The position numbers and the translations under genes are program-made. From the NCBI GenBank assembly GCA_000934665.2, contig JYFJ02001341.1:1-64000 (forward strand): a stretch of 64,000 bases of DNA. The letters are read 5' to 3'. The notes beneath the pieces were generated by a model. That model saw nothing but the letters and a program-made list of their open reading frames with translations. It did no database searches and had not been told where the DNA came from. Origin of the DNA: Catajapyx aquilonaris (taxonomy: Eukaryota). Below, one piece after another: positions 51,201 through 62,600 of this stretch (positions are counted from its first letter, which is position 1; each line of letters opens with the position of its first letter).

Positions 51201-54200
51201 GTATTCTATTATTTATCTCCCTCCATCTGATTTTTTTTTCTTCCTCCTCCTCCTCACCACGTTCTTCACTATGTGATGCTGCTTTCCATCCAAGAAAATG
51301 ACTGTGTTGTAATTCTTTTGGACAATTTCCTGCACTGATGTGAAGGGAGATTACACTCTTTCATCTCCACCCCCTTCACTCAGTAAGTGAAAAAAAGAGG
51401 CAATAACGCCCAATTTCGCAGTAAAACAAGTCCGAAAACAGGTTGCGTGAGTGCCGCATGGGGGTTCAATCTCTCAGGTAATTATCCCTCGGTGTCATGG
51501 GGACATCAAGAGAACCCGTTGACAATTTTTTGAACAAATTAAGCCTGGGTTATATAAAAATCATCCTGCATGCAAAGGGGGCCATGCAACTTTCACGTAT
51601 GTGAGACACGCACATTTTTGGACACCGACGAACATGGACCACGTCCCACGACTTCTCACCCAGCTGACACGACCCGGAATATAAATCGAGCTATGTTGTT
51701 TACGTACTGTCCTTTTTTTTAAAAAAAAATCAAGTAAATATTTTAGCATATGGCGTAAAACGAGAGCGGACTGGTGAAACGGCGTGGGATGGGCAAGAAT
51801 AAGCTCTCAAAGTGATTTATCACGCCATAATCCGGTTTTGGTCACCTCGGTGTAGATTACACAACAAAAGCCACGGCGGCAGCATCTGATAATATTTCAA
51901 CCGGTGTCTCATTGTCACCTTTCTAGCGGGTCCAATCACCTGAGTTGGCCCGAAGGTAGCGGTCAGAGCTAGAGAAATAATTAAGGCGCGATCACGTAAG
52001 GGGAAGAACGCACGAAAAAGCTCATTGGACATATTGTAGGAGAGGGCATGAAGTAGTAGGGCCAGTTTAGAGGGTAAAAAGAAGAAAAAAATGGGGGTCC
52101 CTGACACATTCAGAAAAATTTTCAGAGCTTTCACATGACGCCCACTATAAGAGAATGGTCCGATCAGAGTGGCGCCTGTAATGAGCAGAAGCAGACAATT
52201 TTGTTGTAACTAGTTGGGCTTCCACTTCTTTGCGTGGTTCTATAACATACAAATAAGCAAACATTAAATATTGTGACAATCGGCTGCTTGAACCGCACAT
52301 ATGGACGGTGCTATGTAATAATGTGTCAATAAATGTGAAAATTGAGTTAAGCATATATGAACATACACACTCAAAGGATCGTACTATACCTTCAGTTAGA
52401 ATCAAGACGAAATTTCTGCTATAAATGACCGAAAAGGACACTGAATTAATTTCACAGATTTGACATTCATGTGGGTTGGCTCATTATTGCATAATACCGT
52501 CCATATGTGCAAAGTTGTGACGTTTAGAAAGACTTAAAGGAAGAGCCGAATTTAAGCGTGTAAAATGGCACAAAAATATCCAAGTAAAATTTTTTATTGT
52601 TGCTGAGCTATATTTTGAGAGATTCATGTCTGACCTTTTCTGAGATGGATGGTAAATTTATGGCGCACTAAATTATGTAAAGGAGCTGCCAATTGTCACA
52701 TTTCTGTCTGAGTGCAGGTAATAGCCTCATTTACCCACTAAATTTAGAAAAAGATTGACTGCTCGAAAATAAAAACAGTCGAGCATGAATCCACATATCG
52801 TGATTTACAACCATTTTGGAGGCTGCCCATCGGCCTCCTTTTTTTTCTTTCGACATTCTTCTGAAGCACAACACTGGCACTAGCGATTCACTCTAGGAAT
52901 TTTGCCAGTCAGCCCACCTGCTTACTCGTTCCAAAACAGCTAAACAATACAACCATATTGTGACATCCTTTTGATCAGGATCAATAGCCCCTTTCCGGTC
53001 AAAAACTAGGACAGACCAGACAAGCCAAGATTCCTACATTTTTTCTCTCCCCTTACAAAATTGTGGAAAATCTTGACCATTTGTTTGTAAGGCGACAAGG
53101 CGTCCCCCCGTCGCGATGCTCAGTATGCAAGGGCCTACCTGGCAGGTTCCATTAGCTCCCATTTGCGCCCAGGACACCGCAAGGGGGGTCCAGCTGCGAC
53201 CCTAAAGAAGCTACCGACCATTAGCCCTAAGGCACTCAGATTCATCATCTCTCCTCAGCCTCTACACATCTTATATGTATACTCCTCCCCACGCAACCTA
53301 ACGTGACAAGAGACGGTGGAATGTTCCACCTCCTTATGTACTGGAATGCGGCTCTTTCGAGTTTTCTTTTCTCTTTAGAGAAATGGCCGGGGGAATGGTC
53401 GGAAGTCCTGCCATTTTTGCAAGAGTGCCAAATTTTGCGAGGGGAGTTATATAAATATTGTTGGGAGGACTCTCGACACCTGGTTTCATGTTGGGTTGAC
53501 AATGTGACATAAAGTCGGATGTCAGTTGTATATTTCTAAAGAGGACATGGGGAAGTGCGATGAACAAGTTCATGTCACATTTCGTCGAGTTTTATGATTT
53601 CCTTCGGGGCAAATAACTACATGGCAGTAAAAATGAGCACTATCATCATTTTCATTAGTTTGCGGTATCAAGCGGGGGTTTTTGCTTAATGACATCATCG
53701 CACAAATGGTCAAATGTTGCGAGAAAGTGCAAGGTTTTTGGAAGTAGCTTCACGTTTTGTGTACGAGGGGTCCAATGTCGTAATTTTTCGCCCAGTGTCC
53801 AACCCGACGCCATAAAATACTGGCGCGGCAATTACCAGATGCGAAAATTAATACTATTGCTTTTTTATAACTGTATGAGGAGCCCATATGTGCATTCCTC
53901 ATTTTATTATGGTCATGAAGGACCTTTGCCTTTGACCAGATCGTTAGTCATAATTATTGAGATTTGCATGAGGTGCTTGCCAATTGACACCAAGTTTTAT
54001 TTCTTTGCAGGTGAAACATGGGCCGTCTTGCTCAGGTAAGTGAACACCTTTCTTTTCTTTTTTTGTTTGCTGTGCTCGGCATTGAATAATCATAATCTGA
54101 GCAAGGTCGATACGCTGGGAAAATCGCGTGCTTGGTACATACATGTCGTAAGTCAACACCTCGTTCATTAAAAAGCTGTAATTACCGCCATATATTTATA

Positions 54201-57200
54201 CCCCGTAATAACTCTGAAGCCGTGGGATGTGATTCAACAGGTGGCGCCTCAGGTATTACGGCGCCATATTTCGGCGGGAACAAGACGCCTGGACGATATC
54301 TTCTTCCGGGGGGCTGTCAGGAAAGTTAAAGGAGAGGCCCGCTGTGATTGTATCAGATGGCCACCCACTTTGGTATTGAATGTGGTCACGACTCTCTGTG
54401 AATGCCGCTGTGTTGGGTTGGCAGAAGAGTCCCTTTCATTTCACGCTGCAGCAACCGGACAGTAAATAAAAATAAAATATAAATAAAGAAATGGATGTGT
54501 CAGAGAGATAACAATATTAATATAGCCATTTAAGACACTCGACATATAATAAAAAAATCTTACATATGTATAAAGCAGAAAGTTTGTTGGCATTTATGTA
54601 TGTCACGGCTGCCACTTTCGGAGTACTGAGAGTCATGAAACTTGGGACACCGACATCTGCTGATTCAGCTAAATGTCCGAGAACTGCAATTTTTGAAAGA
54701 CTAAGTACCCAAAATTGAGATTTTTATTGTTTTCATTGTGTTTGATGGCACATATTTATTTTATTTATCAATCACCGTGCGAAGAACGGGTCCCTTTGCT
54801 AGTAAGTAGTAACAAATAAAATGTAGTAAATGACACATGGGTTAAACTATTGGAATGAGCTGTCCATCACGAACTTGTCACTTGTAATGTGGATTGAAAA
54901 ACAGGAAGTTGCTCGCAGCGTCACAAATCACAAAAACAAATACAAGCTGTCCTTGATAACTGGGTGGAAGGCATCGATATTTTCATATACAGTATTCATG
55001 CCTAATCGACAGCCATCTTTTGAAAGCAGCTGTCAGCCATGACAGATTCTGAGAAAAATGGGCCTTTGGGGGTATTGCCGCCCTGTACAATTTTTGGACA
55101 GATCATACGCAATTTTTAGACCGAGCCGCCTTGTTATTTGAGTCGGCCCTGTGGCATTCTGGGGGAATTTTTCAAGGAATTTTGGAAGTGGCGTTCGGAC
55201 GAACACGAGTTGTCACTTGGTCGGCGAAGGGTCGGAATGAGATGGCCGCCGATAACAAGACCTTTTTGTCCCAAGCCTATCCTTCGTAAAGGGGACAGTC
55301 CTGGGATAATTAGGCGCCCTCCCTCATATATACCCACCTCTAAAAAAAACTAACCCACCACCACCACGCCTACAGATACACCGCTATCATTGAGGCTAAA
55401 AGCATACATGCGTACCGTAGATAGCGGATTAAAACTTAAAGCGTGTTGGGACAGCGGGAATGGCTGCTCAATGTGGGACGGATATGTCTTTTGCTGGTGG
55501 TGCGGGTGCCGATAATCTTACATTAAATTAAAGTGGGGAGGTTGCACCTGTCCACTATTCGTTCTTTGTTGAGAAAACGGCAAAGAGTTTGGCCGAAAAA
55601 GGACGCCGCTGAGTGCATGTCGTTTAGGGTGCGGGTCACGCCGGAAGAATAAATTACGTGGGATAGATAAAAGTTGACGCGGAATCAATTTGGCTTAGAT
55701 TTGCTGCATGCTGCATCTAGGAGATAAGAGGTCAATATTTTTCATGTCTTATTAGGGTGCGTTAAGGTGATGCTGCCACATTATGCTGATTTTGGGTGTA
55801 ATTTATTGGCGACACATACAGGTCCTTTTCTAACTTTGCTCATGCAAAAATCATGAGTTTAATTAGCACGGAACAAATAGAGATACTATACTGAACTGCG
55901 GAATAATATGCAGATATAATGCCTGAGTTCTTTTTTTGTTGCTTAGGGCGACAATTAATGCTTGAAGTGTGGCGATTAAATCAACACGTCGTATATCAAC
56001 TCGCTCGAAACAAATTAGTACGCCAATCCACCTGTCAATGCGGGTGCCCAATGTGGGCCTGGAATTAGAGCATTAGCAAGTCCGGATAAACGCGTTTAGG
56101 AGCATCAGCACAAAAGTAATGATCATTTCATGCAGATTATGAACCTGAGGCAGGCTTATCAACGTCGGAAGAAGAGGAGGGGGAAAGTCTCGAAGAAGTT
56201 ATTTTCGGAGCCGCGCCTCTCTCGTCTTCTCAGCCTCTTGATGACAGATTAGTAAACCTCCGGAATTGACTCAGAGGAACTTAAAAGGATAGTTCGGGTT
56301 AATGCCGTTCAGAGTGCTGACAACATTTGCCTCCGATCCAATAGAGAAGCTAGTCCATTGCTAGCTGCCATCTCGTGCTCAAGATACACACCTGTGAGAA
56401 TCAGCAATGTGGGTTGCCCACTTCACAGGTTGCTAGAGTCAGTAAAGAGGATGTAGCTCGACAATCTTTCGCATTCTGGAAGTGAAGTTTGACAAGTGTA
56501 ATTAAACTCCTATTGTGCCAGGCCAAATTAAGATGAGCTGACTATAAGGAAGGAGGGCACAAACTGAAGTTTGGTTTACGTATTATGTCATATTAAGCTC
56601 GGAATGGGCTGCTGGATTATGTAATACAGAAATTGAAAGGAGAAGTTATGATCGATACCTAACTAATAATTAAGTATCGGTACTAGAAATTTGTAATTAA
56701 TGACACGTGGGATTGCTTGCAACCAGTGCGAGCTTTGACTTGCGAATCTACTTGAAATTCTGAAACATAAAGACGGACGTCTAATTTCTACACACAGAAA
56801 GTAACTCAGTCACATTTTATAGTACGTGCGTATCGGAGATAATTGAATTATGACAATTTCAGTCATGATTAAATTTGCTGGTGGATGATTATTATAGGCT
56901 AATCAGAAGCGGAATCTGATATCATAATTGGCCTGGCAGAATAAGACAAGCTTCCTTCCAGTCATCGAAACCTAGAAAGTTTTTAATGAGGTCTCTGCTT
57001 GATATAATTATATCATCTTTCACGTGATTTCCCATCAAGGGCCCACATCTCCGGGCACTATTCTTTCCTTTTCTTGTCCCCTCCTTAAATGAATCAATAG
57101 CGGTATGGCTCTATGTTATTCGAGGAAAACGGAAACAGCATTTATCCTGGTTTGAAGCTTCCATTGTAACCTACATATATGCCAAGTTCGACAAGATTAT

Positions 57201-58072
57201 ATGCCTTCTTTTGCGATTTCCAGCTCATTATTGTCGTCACTCACGAGAAGATCCTCTTTGCTTATCCAGAAAGATTGACGACGTAAACACATTTTTTCGA
57301 CTTGGATGACATTTTCCAAATGTAGCCTATAATGTATAAGTATACTTGTTACACGGAAAGGTTTTTGTGTATAATTTGAAAATGGTAAAATTGTTGAGTG
57401 GCAGTTCTACAGCGAGACCTATAATGTTTTCCACGTCTCGGTTCGTTACGTTCATAATATGTTATTTATTAACCACTCTGCCTACAATGCCGTAACAAGT
57501 TGCGCCCAAAGTAAAGTGCGGCAACCAGGCACAAAAAATAATCCTTCTTGTTCCCCAAGCACTTGACATTAATTCTTGAATTATTATGCAAGTACCTGAG
57601 TGATCTCTCTATTTGACGCAAACAATATCAGGAGTTGACCGACGCACGTCAAAAGTGGAGTATCGTATCAAAAAAGCCATAAGTGAATTTTTTTAAAAAA
57701 GGGGGCACGTATACATATATATAGTGGCAAAAACAACTATATCATTAAACAAGTTACCTGCTTGAGTACATGTTTATTAATAACTGTTAGTCATGAAGGT
57801 GTCTATTTCTGTAGGATGAGACAATTGACTGCCCTTCCCACATTAACTTTAAGTGAACGCCGCGCTAATCGTTTATGGGTTTTATTAAAGATGATTAACT
57901 GAACTGATTTAGTTTTATGTCTGGTGCACTTGTGTCAATTTACTCACTCACCTTGAATAGCTCGCGAGGAAGGAAGGACGACTAGAATGAAGGCAAAGAT
58001 GACCAACATCTTCCGCCTGCAGCAGAAGCGACGACTTGTGCAATCCGACTGACCAACTTCCAACCTGGTCAT
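42152..58072 (-). CDS. BAMBI: BMP and activin membrane-bound inhibitor (BAMBI)-like pseudoreceptor, 5 coding exons
   Basis: Exons 58072-57952 (signal peptide), 43116-42975, 42912-42755, 42524-42323, 42260-42152 join in frame. The ectodomain has 10 Cys in a type I TGF-beta receptor pattern (ITCVCTTSDC...CYTQ...RGC...LC...CCNSSMCN), then one TM helix and a short tail with no GS or kinase domain. Confidence 0.85.
42323..42524 (-). CDS. BAMBI: BAMBI-like exon 4: stalk and transmembrane helix
   Basis: IAVMTVLVVGLCLLVVIGTTGTYIL-RRQR; acceptor aatgcag, donor gtacta. Confidence 0.87.
42755..42912 (-). CDS. BAMBI: BAMBI-like exon 3: ectodomain with CCxxxxCN cysteine box
   Basis: QRTPLLCENRLP...WPYLLCCNSSMCNK; donor gtatat. 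Confidence 0.9.
42975..43116 (-). CDS. BAMBI: BAMBI-like exon 2: Cys-rich ectodomain, N-terminal half
   Basis: GQLITCVCTTSDCQSEDVGTCTTPTLCYTQFLNKGDGSNSVTRGCV; donor gtgagt. Confidence 0.9.
46453..46640. mobile_element. Degenerate fold-back element with four TACCGACTT motifs
   Basis: TACCGACTT at 46467 and 46502, reverse complement at 46537 and 46599; TGATCAACAAATACCGACTT pairs with AAGTCGGTATATTTGTTGACCA. Confidence 0.55.
46644..46857. mobile_element. MITE, Sola1-like non-autonomous element, copy 1
   Basis: ~32-bp imperfect TIRs (GGACAGTGTTAGGCAATAATGAGTCAACCCACA), flanked by AATT on both sides; homologous to 52303-52502. Confidence 0.75.
52303..52502. mobile_element. MITE, Sola1-like non-autonomous element, copy 2 (opposite orientation)
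   Basis: GGACGGTG...TACCGTCC ends flanked by ATAT; internal CAAAGGATCGTACT and AAATGACCGAAA.GGACACTGAAT match the reverse complement of copy 1. Confidence 0.75.
57952..58072 (-). CDS. BAMBI: BAMBI-like exon 1: signal peptide (MTRLEV...RRKMLVIFAFILVVLPSSRAIQ); alternative ATG at 58009
   Basis: Basic-hydrophobic-SRA signal-peptide pattern; donor G|gtgagt in phase 1 matches the phase-1 acceptor at 43116. Linkage across 14.8 kb is inferred. Confidence 0.7.
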
Positions 58073-58137
58073 CTTATAAGTGTGCAGGAAGGAAGGTTGA
58101 CGACGTATTTTGCAAACCGGCAAGAGAAAAAAAAGGA

Positions 58138-58167
58138 TACTGATCACGTGACGATGTCAACATTATA
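58138..58167 (-). promoter_or_regulatory. Candidate BAMBI core promoter (TATAAT ~26 nt upstream of Inr-like TCAGTA; E-box TCACGTGA between)
   Basis: The minus strand reads TATAATGTTGACATCGTCACGTGATCAGTA, about 70 nt upstream of the ATG. Confidence 0.4.
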
Positions 58168-58732
58168 CGCGCACAAGCAACGGGTTCACCTACCCTCTGC
58201 AGACTCGATTCGATTTTAATGAAGGTCAATGTTTGGCATAACCAATGTGGCGCCCTTTGTCAAAGAAGCCAGATAATTATACGGGAGAGGAGCAAACAAG
58301 GGTGGACGGAAGTTAAGTCGGATGTGAGCGGAGGAATTGAGCAAACTCAATGGTTGCCTGTGAGGATGGTTTTCTTAAGAAGAACACTATATTTGGAAGG
58401 GGGGTTGGACAATTGTTGAGGAGGAAAAAAAGAGGCTTCCAGGTGTATCTGGAATGGGACCGGCTGCTGACCCACAAGTGAGATTTATAGAGTTGCTTCT
58501 GGTACCTTTGCGTTCCTAGCGGTGCTTGCGAGGGACGAAAAAAATGAAGAGAAGGTTCACTAAACACTTTTATTTTGGCAGGCACAACCACATCAGAAAA
58601 AAATATATGGCTATGCTATAGATATTCACAGATGGCACGTGGCAGGTGACGGAATGAGCAAGACTGCATACCGGTACCGGATGCAGTGTACAATACATTG
58701 ATTACAAACATGTGTACAAACATGGATGGGTG

Positions 58733-58827
58733 CAGTGAAACCTGTCCGTTATGTGCGATAAAATATATTTAATATCCTGACGCCAGATTCCGGTGTATCC
58801 AGGGTCCATAACAAACAGGTTTCACTG
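58733..58827. mobile_element. 95-bp MITE with pogo/Tigger-type CAGT termini
   Basis: CAGTGAAACCTGTCCGTTATG vs CATAACAAACAGGTTTCACTG (19/21 complementary); TA duplication not intact. Confidence 0.65.
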
Positions 58828-59402
58828 CCTTGTTACACAGCGGTCTGGGGTTAACATTATGACGTTGAACTTTATTGTATGATCGTCCTGAAAGTCTCAA
58901 CAACTTCAGTCAGTGCAGGCTGCTTCATAGTGACATTGCCGAATTGAGTGCAACTAGTGGACACTGGTTGGCATTATTTTCATGTCAGTTTCAGTATAAT
59001 TACAATGAGCAACAAGCTCGTAGTTAACAGACTTGGTGAAACATTAATAATTCGAGCCTAATGAAAGCGCACCTTGTTCTCTTTGGTACCGTACTGATGT
59101 AATAATTTCATCTCAGGTATGTTATTCGATGCCTTTTGTACTATCCCTGGGTTATATTTATATGATACCTACTTTTCCCTGCCGATGCGAGTAAACATAT
59201 AGTCCACTGCTTATGGTGAGTCAGCCTTAATTATGTGTAATGCACTCATTTTCTGCGGACATATAATAAATTGGTACAGTATACAACAACAACTTGTACA
59301 AGTATCACACGAACGGGACAAACACTGTCCGATGAAGCCAATATAGGAAGACAACACTTGAGGAACTGCTGAACACATAGAGATGGACTTTGAGAGGCGA
59401 CT

Positions 59403-59607
59403 TTAGCCCTTGGTATACTCGTTGGGCACTGTCGAAAGAACGCAAACACGGTCTTCAGCAGGGGGCAGAGAGAGCTCAGAACCGAAATTACCGGTGTTTA
59501 TGTACACTCTTTGCATCTCGGCCATTTTAGACAGAGTTCTGCACAGAGATGTGAAGGTTGGTCTGGAGTCCGGGAGATGAGACCAGCATTCTAGCATAAT
59601 CTCGTAC
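59403..59607 (-). CDS. Tie: RTK last coding exon: subdomain XI and C-terminal tail
   Basis: YEIMLECWSHLPDSRPTF...VYINTG...EYTKG-stop; acceptor ctttcattacag. Confidence 0.92.
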
Positions 59608-62600
59608 CTGTAATGAAAGGAGGATGAAACTACATGTCTATTTATAACTACGTGGCTCTTACTATAGAGTTGCGTGGGGGTTTTTTTAGCAGATTGCTCC
59701 AACGGAGTGGTAGCCCATTAGAGATAATGGCTATTTTGTGCCTCTAAGGCTTCATTGTTCCGAAAGTTCGTATAGACATTCTCAATAGCCAGAGGCCAGG
59801 GCATAGAACCAGTTACATCAAAGTCACATCACAGCGTCAGAACTAATTCACAGAATGGCCAAGTTAGTTTTAAGGCAGAGCAAAAAATCGGCTGTGTGTT
59901 CGGAATATTTCAGGTCTTCAATTATAACGAAAGTTACAACTGTTTCTGTCAAATTAGCGACCCACTTACAAAGCTCGTGGAAAAAACACGTGTTTTAATG
60001 CAATGATCTTCAAAGGCTGCCCGGTATATTACAAAACGGTTCAAGGGGGCAAGGGTGCAAGGGTTTTAATAATTCAACTATTCTACTGCATAGGATTAAG
60101 GTCTTTAAAATTTTAAATACATTACGAATGATTAAAATTCTCGTTATGGGATTATTACAATATGAAATAATAAATCATACAGTCTATAACTTTTCGCACA
60201 ACGCAACGTCGTGAAAACTTTTTTAAACAAAAAAAAAACCGCAAAGCAGTAAGTTAATTAAAACTATTGTTTGGATTGAAAAGTGATAGCTCAGCTCTTT
60301 GAAGCATATCGCATTCAAACGAACTCTGGCAGGGACATTGCACTTCCAACCAAGGTCCTTTTCCCCCGCAGCAGCCTTCACTTTTATAATAATTGATTGT
60401 GAAAGTTAGTGCAGACCACACCAAATAGTACAGTTGGTGTGGCCTGTGGCCTTGTTGGTGGCAAAGTTCGCAAATCATTCACACGTCAGAAACGTACAGT
60501 TCCTGGGCGACGTTGTCGGGCCTGTCGAGTCTCTTTCCTTCTAGAAGGAACTTGAGTAGGTCGCGGTCTTGAATCGTAGGGTATGGAAATCCCCCTAAAA
60601 AGAGCAGTGGGTTAAATATTCGAGGACACAATCGATGCAATTTCAACGCCTTTACCTAGGGTTCCTATTTCCCATAAGACAACACCAAAGGCCCATACGT
60701 CACTCTTTGATGAGTACAGACAGTCACGCATTGCTTCAATCGAGAGCCATCGCAACGGGACCTTTTTCACCTTTGTGTTGACGTAGATTCCAGATCGAGA
60801 GAGACCAAAGTCGGAGATCTTCAAAGTCTTGTTGTCGTCAATAAGGATGTTACGTGCCGCTAAATCCCTGCAATATAGGATTTTGTGGTTTTTGAAAGAT
60901 CGCGAGTGTAATTATTGCCAATCGATACTGTGTACCTATGGGTAATCCCCTTTTCCTCCAAGTGGGCCATTCCCCTGGCGATGTGAAGAGCAAAGTCTTG
61001 AAGTTCTTTCATGTCCAGGACGTAGGTTGGGAATGGGTCTGGAATCCGCATGTCTTTTTTCCGCTTTCCGGTTTTGCGAGCGGTTCCTGGAAAACGTATA
61101 AATATATACGGGGTGGTACATTGGCACAGTTCCACAGAGGAATCTGAGGACATTTTGCTATAGTAACCAGAAGAAAGCACCACCCTGTACAGCTTATGTG
61201 CTCTTTTATGTTCAGTCAATGTGTTCAGTCAATTTTATCCAAATTATATATACCATGTTGAGTTTGATATGAACCAAATGCCCTGTATATACCTTGTGGT
61301 GAGGAGTCCAGCTGGTGACACCGACATTTGCTTCTGCTGCATTGTCCGGTACAGTCTGGGACAATGTATGAGGAACTCTGGGACGACACTGTGGACATCC
61401 TTGAGGTAGGATTACTGCTCAGACTTGAACCACCAGTGCTACTGCCACTGGTGCTGGTGTGGCAGGATCTGTACATGAATGTGACATGAACCTTACACAC
61501 TGAGAGTGAGACAAAAAAGCAAGTAACAGTCGTCTTACCTGGAAAGTAGAATGGAGCATTGGCTGTTAGACTTCTGCAGCCCGGACGGACCATCGGAGGG
61601 CCTCCTGTGTGCCCTCTGACCACTGGAACATGCGCAGGCCTGCACCACAGGATGACGTTTCTCGTACTCGTAGCGTAGGCGGCGGAGATACTGCGACACA
61701 AATTTTGATACAAAAACTGTGCATAGAAAATTAATTATAAATTTTACCTGCAGCAAATCTCCACGTGGGATGAACTCCATGACTATGCAATAAGGCTGCT
61801 GGAGTGTGCAGCAGGCCAGCATGGTGACGATGTTTGGATGGTAGCCCACTCGTTTCAGCATGGCGATCTCGGCGAGGAAGTCCTCAATTTCGTCGTCTGT
61901 GGCTTTCTCTGCGGATTAGCATGTGCAGATTAGGATCAGGTTACGGAGTTATAGGGAAACACGATTCCGCAATCAGAAATGTGAGAAGCGGCAACTCGAT
62001 TCTGCGGGGGTTATCACTGCCTGTTTCTTTCGACACCCAATAACTGGAAGCCTTATCTTGTCAAAACGTAGTTATGTCGATAAGCAACATTGATGATATG
62101 AAGCACAATACTTCATGATTTAGGGTGACCCTTGCAGGTTGATGTACTGACAATGCAAATGGGCGGAAATGGAAATATCTGTCCACTACTGGCATTTTTT
62201 CAGATAAATTTAAGAAAATTTGGCAATTTAATTTTTTTAAAATTATTTACTCACTCTTGAGCCGTTTCACAGCGACGTGAATGATTCCTGGTGTTCCGTT
62301 GATGGCTTCTGCAGTGGCCGAATGGACGCAACCAAAGGCACCTCTCCCAATTTCTTCCAGAAGGTTGAGACGCTGATAACTGATCTCGTATCCATCGGCA
62401 TCCCCATTTTCTCTGGCTTCCTGCGAAGGACGAAGCGACCTCAATGAGCACCTACTTTATTTTTAAAATGTTCCGAAGTGTATGTGCTTCAGACTGCTTA
62501 GAAACTAGCTCCATAACAACTCATCATTTTGCAAGTTGACGTCAAAGCCTGGTCCTTTATAAGTACAGAGCATCAGCATGAGTAAATTAATTAATGAATT

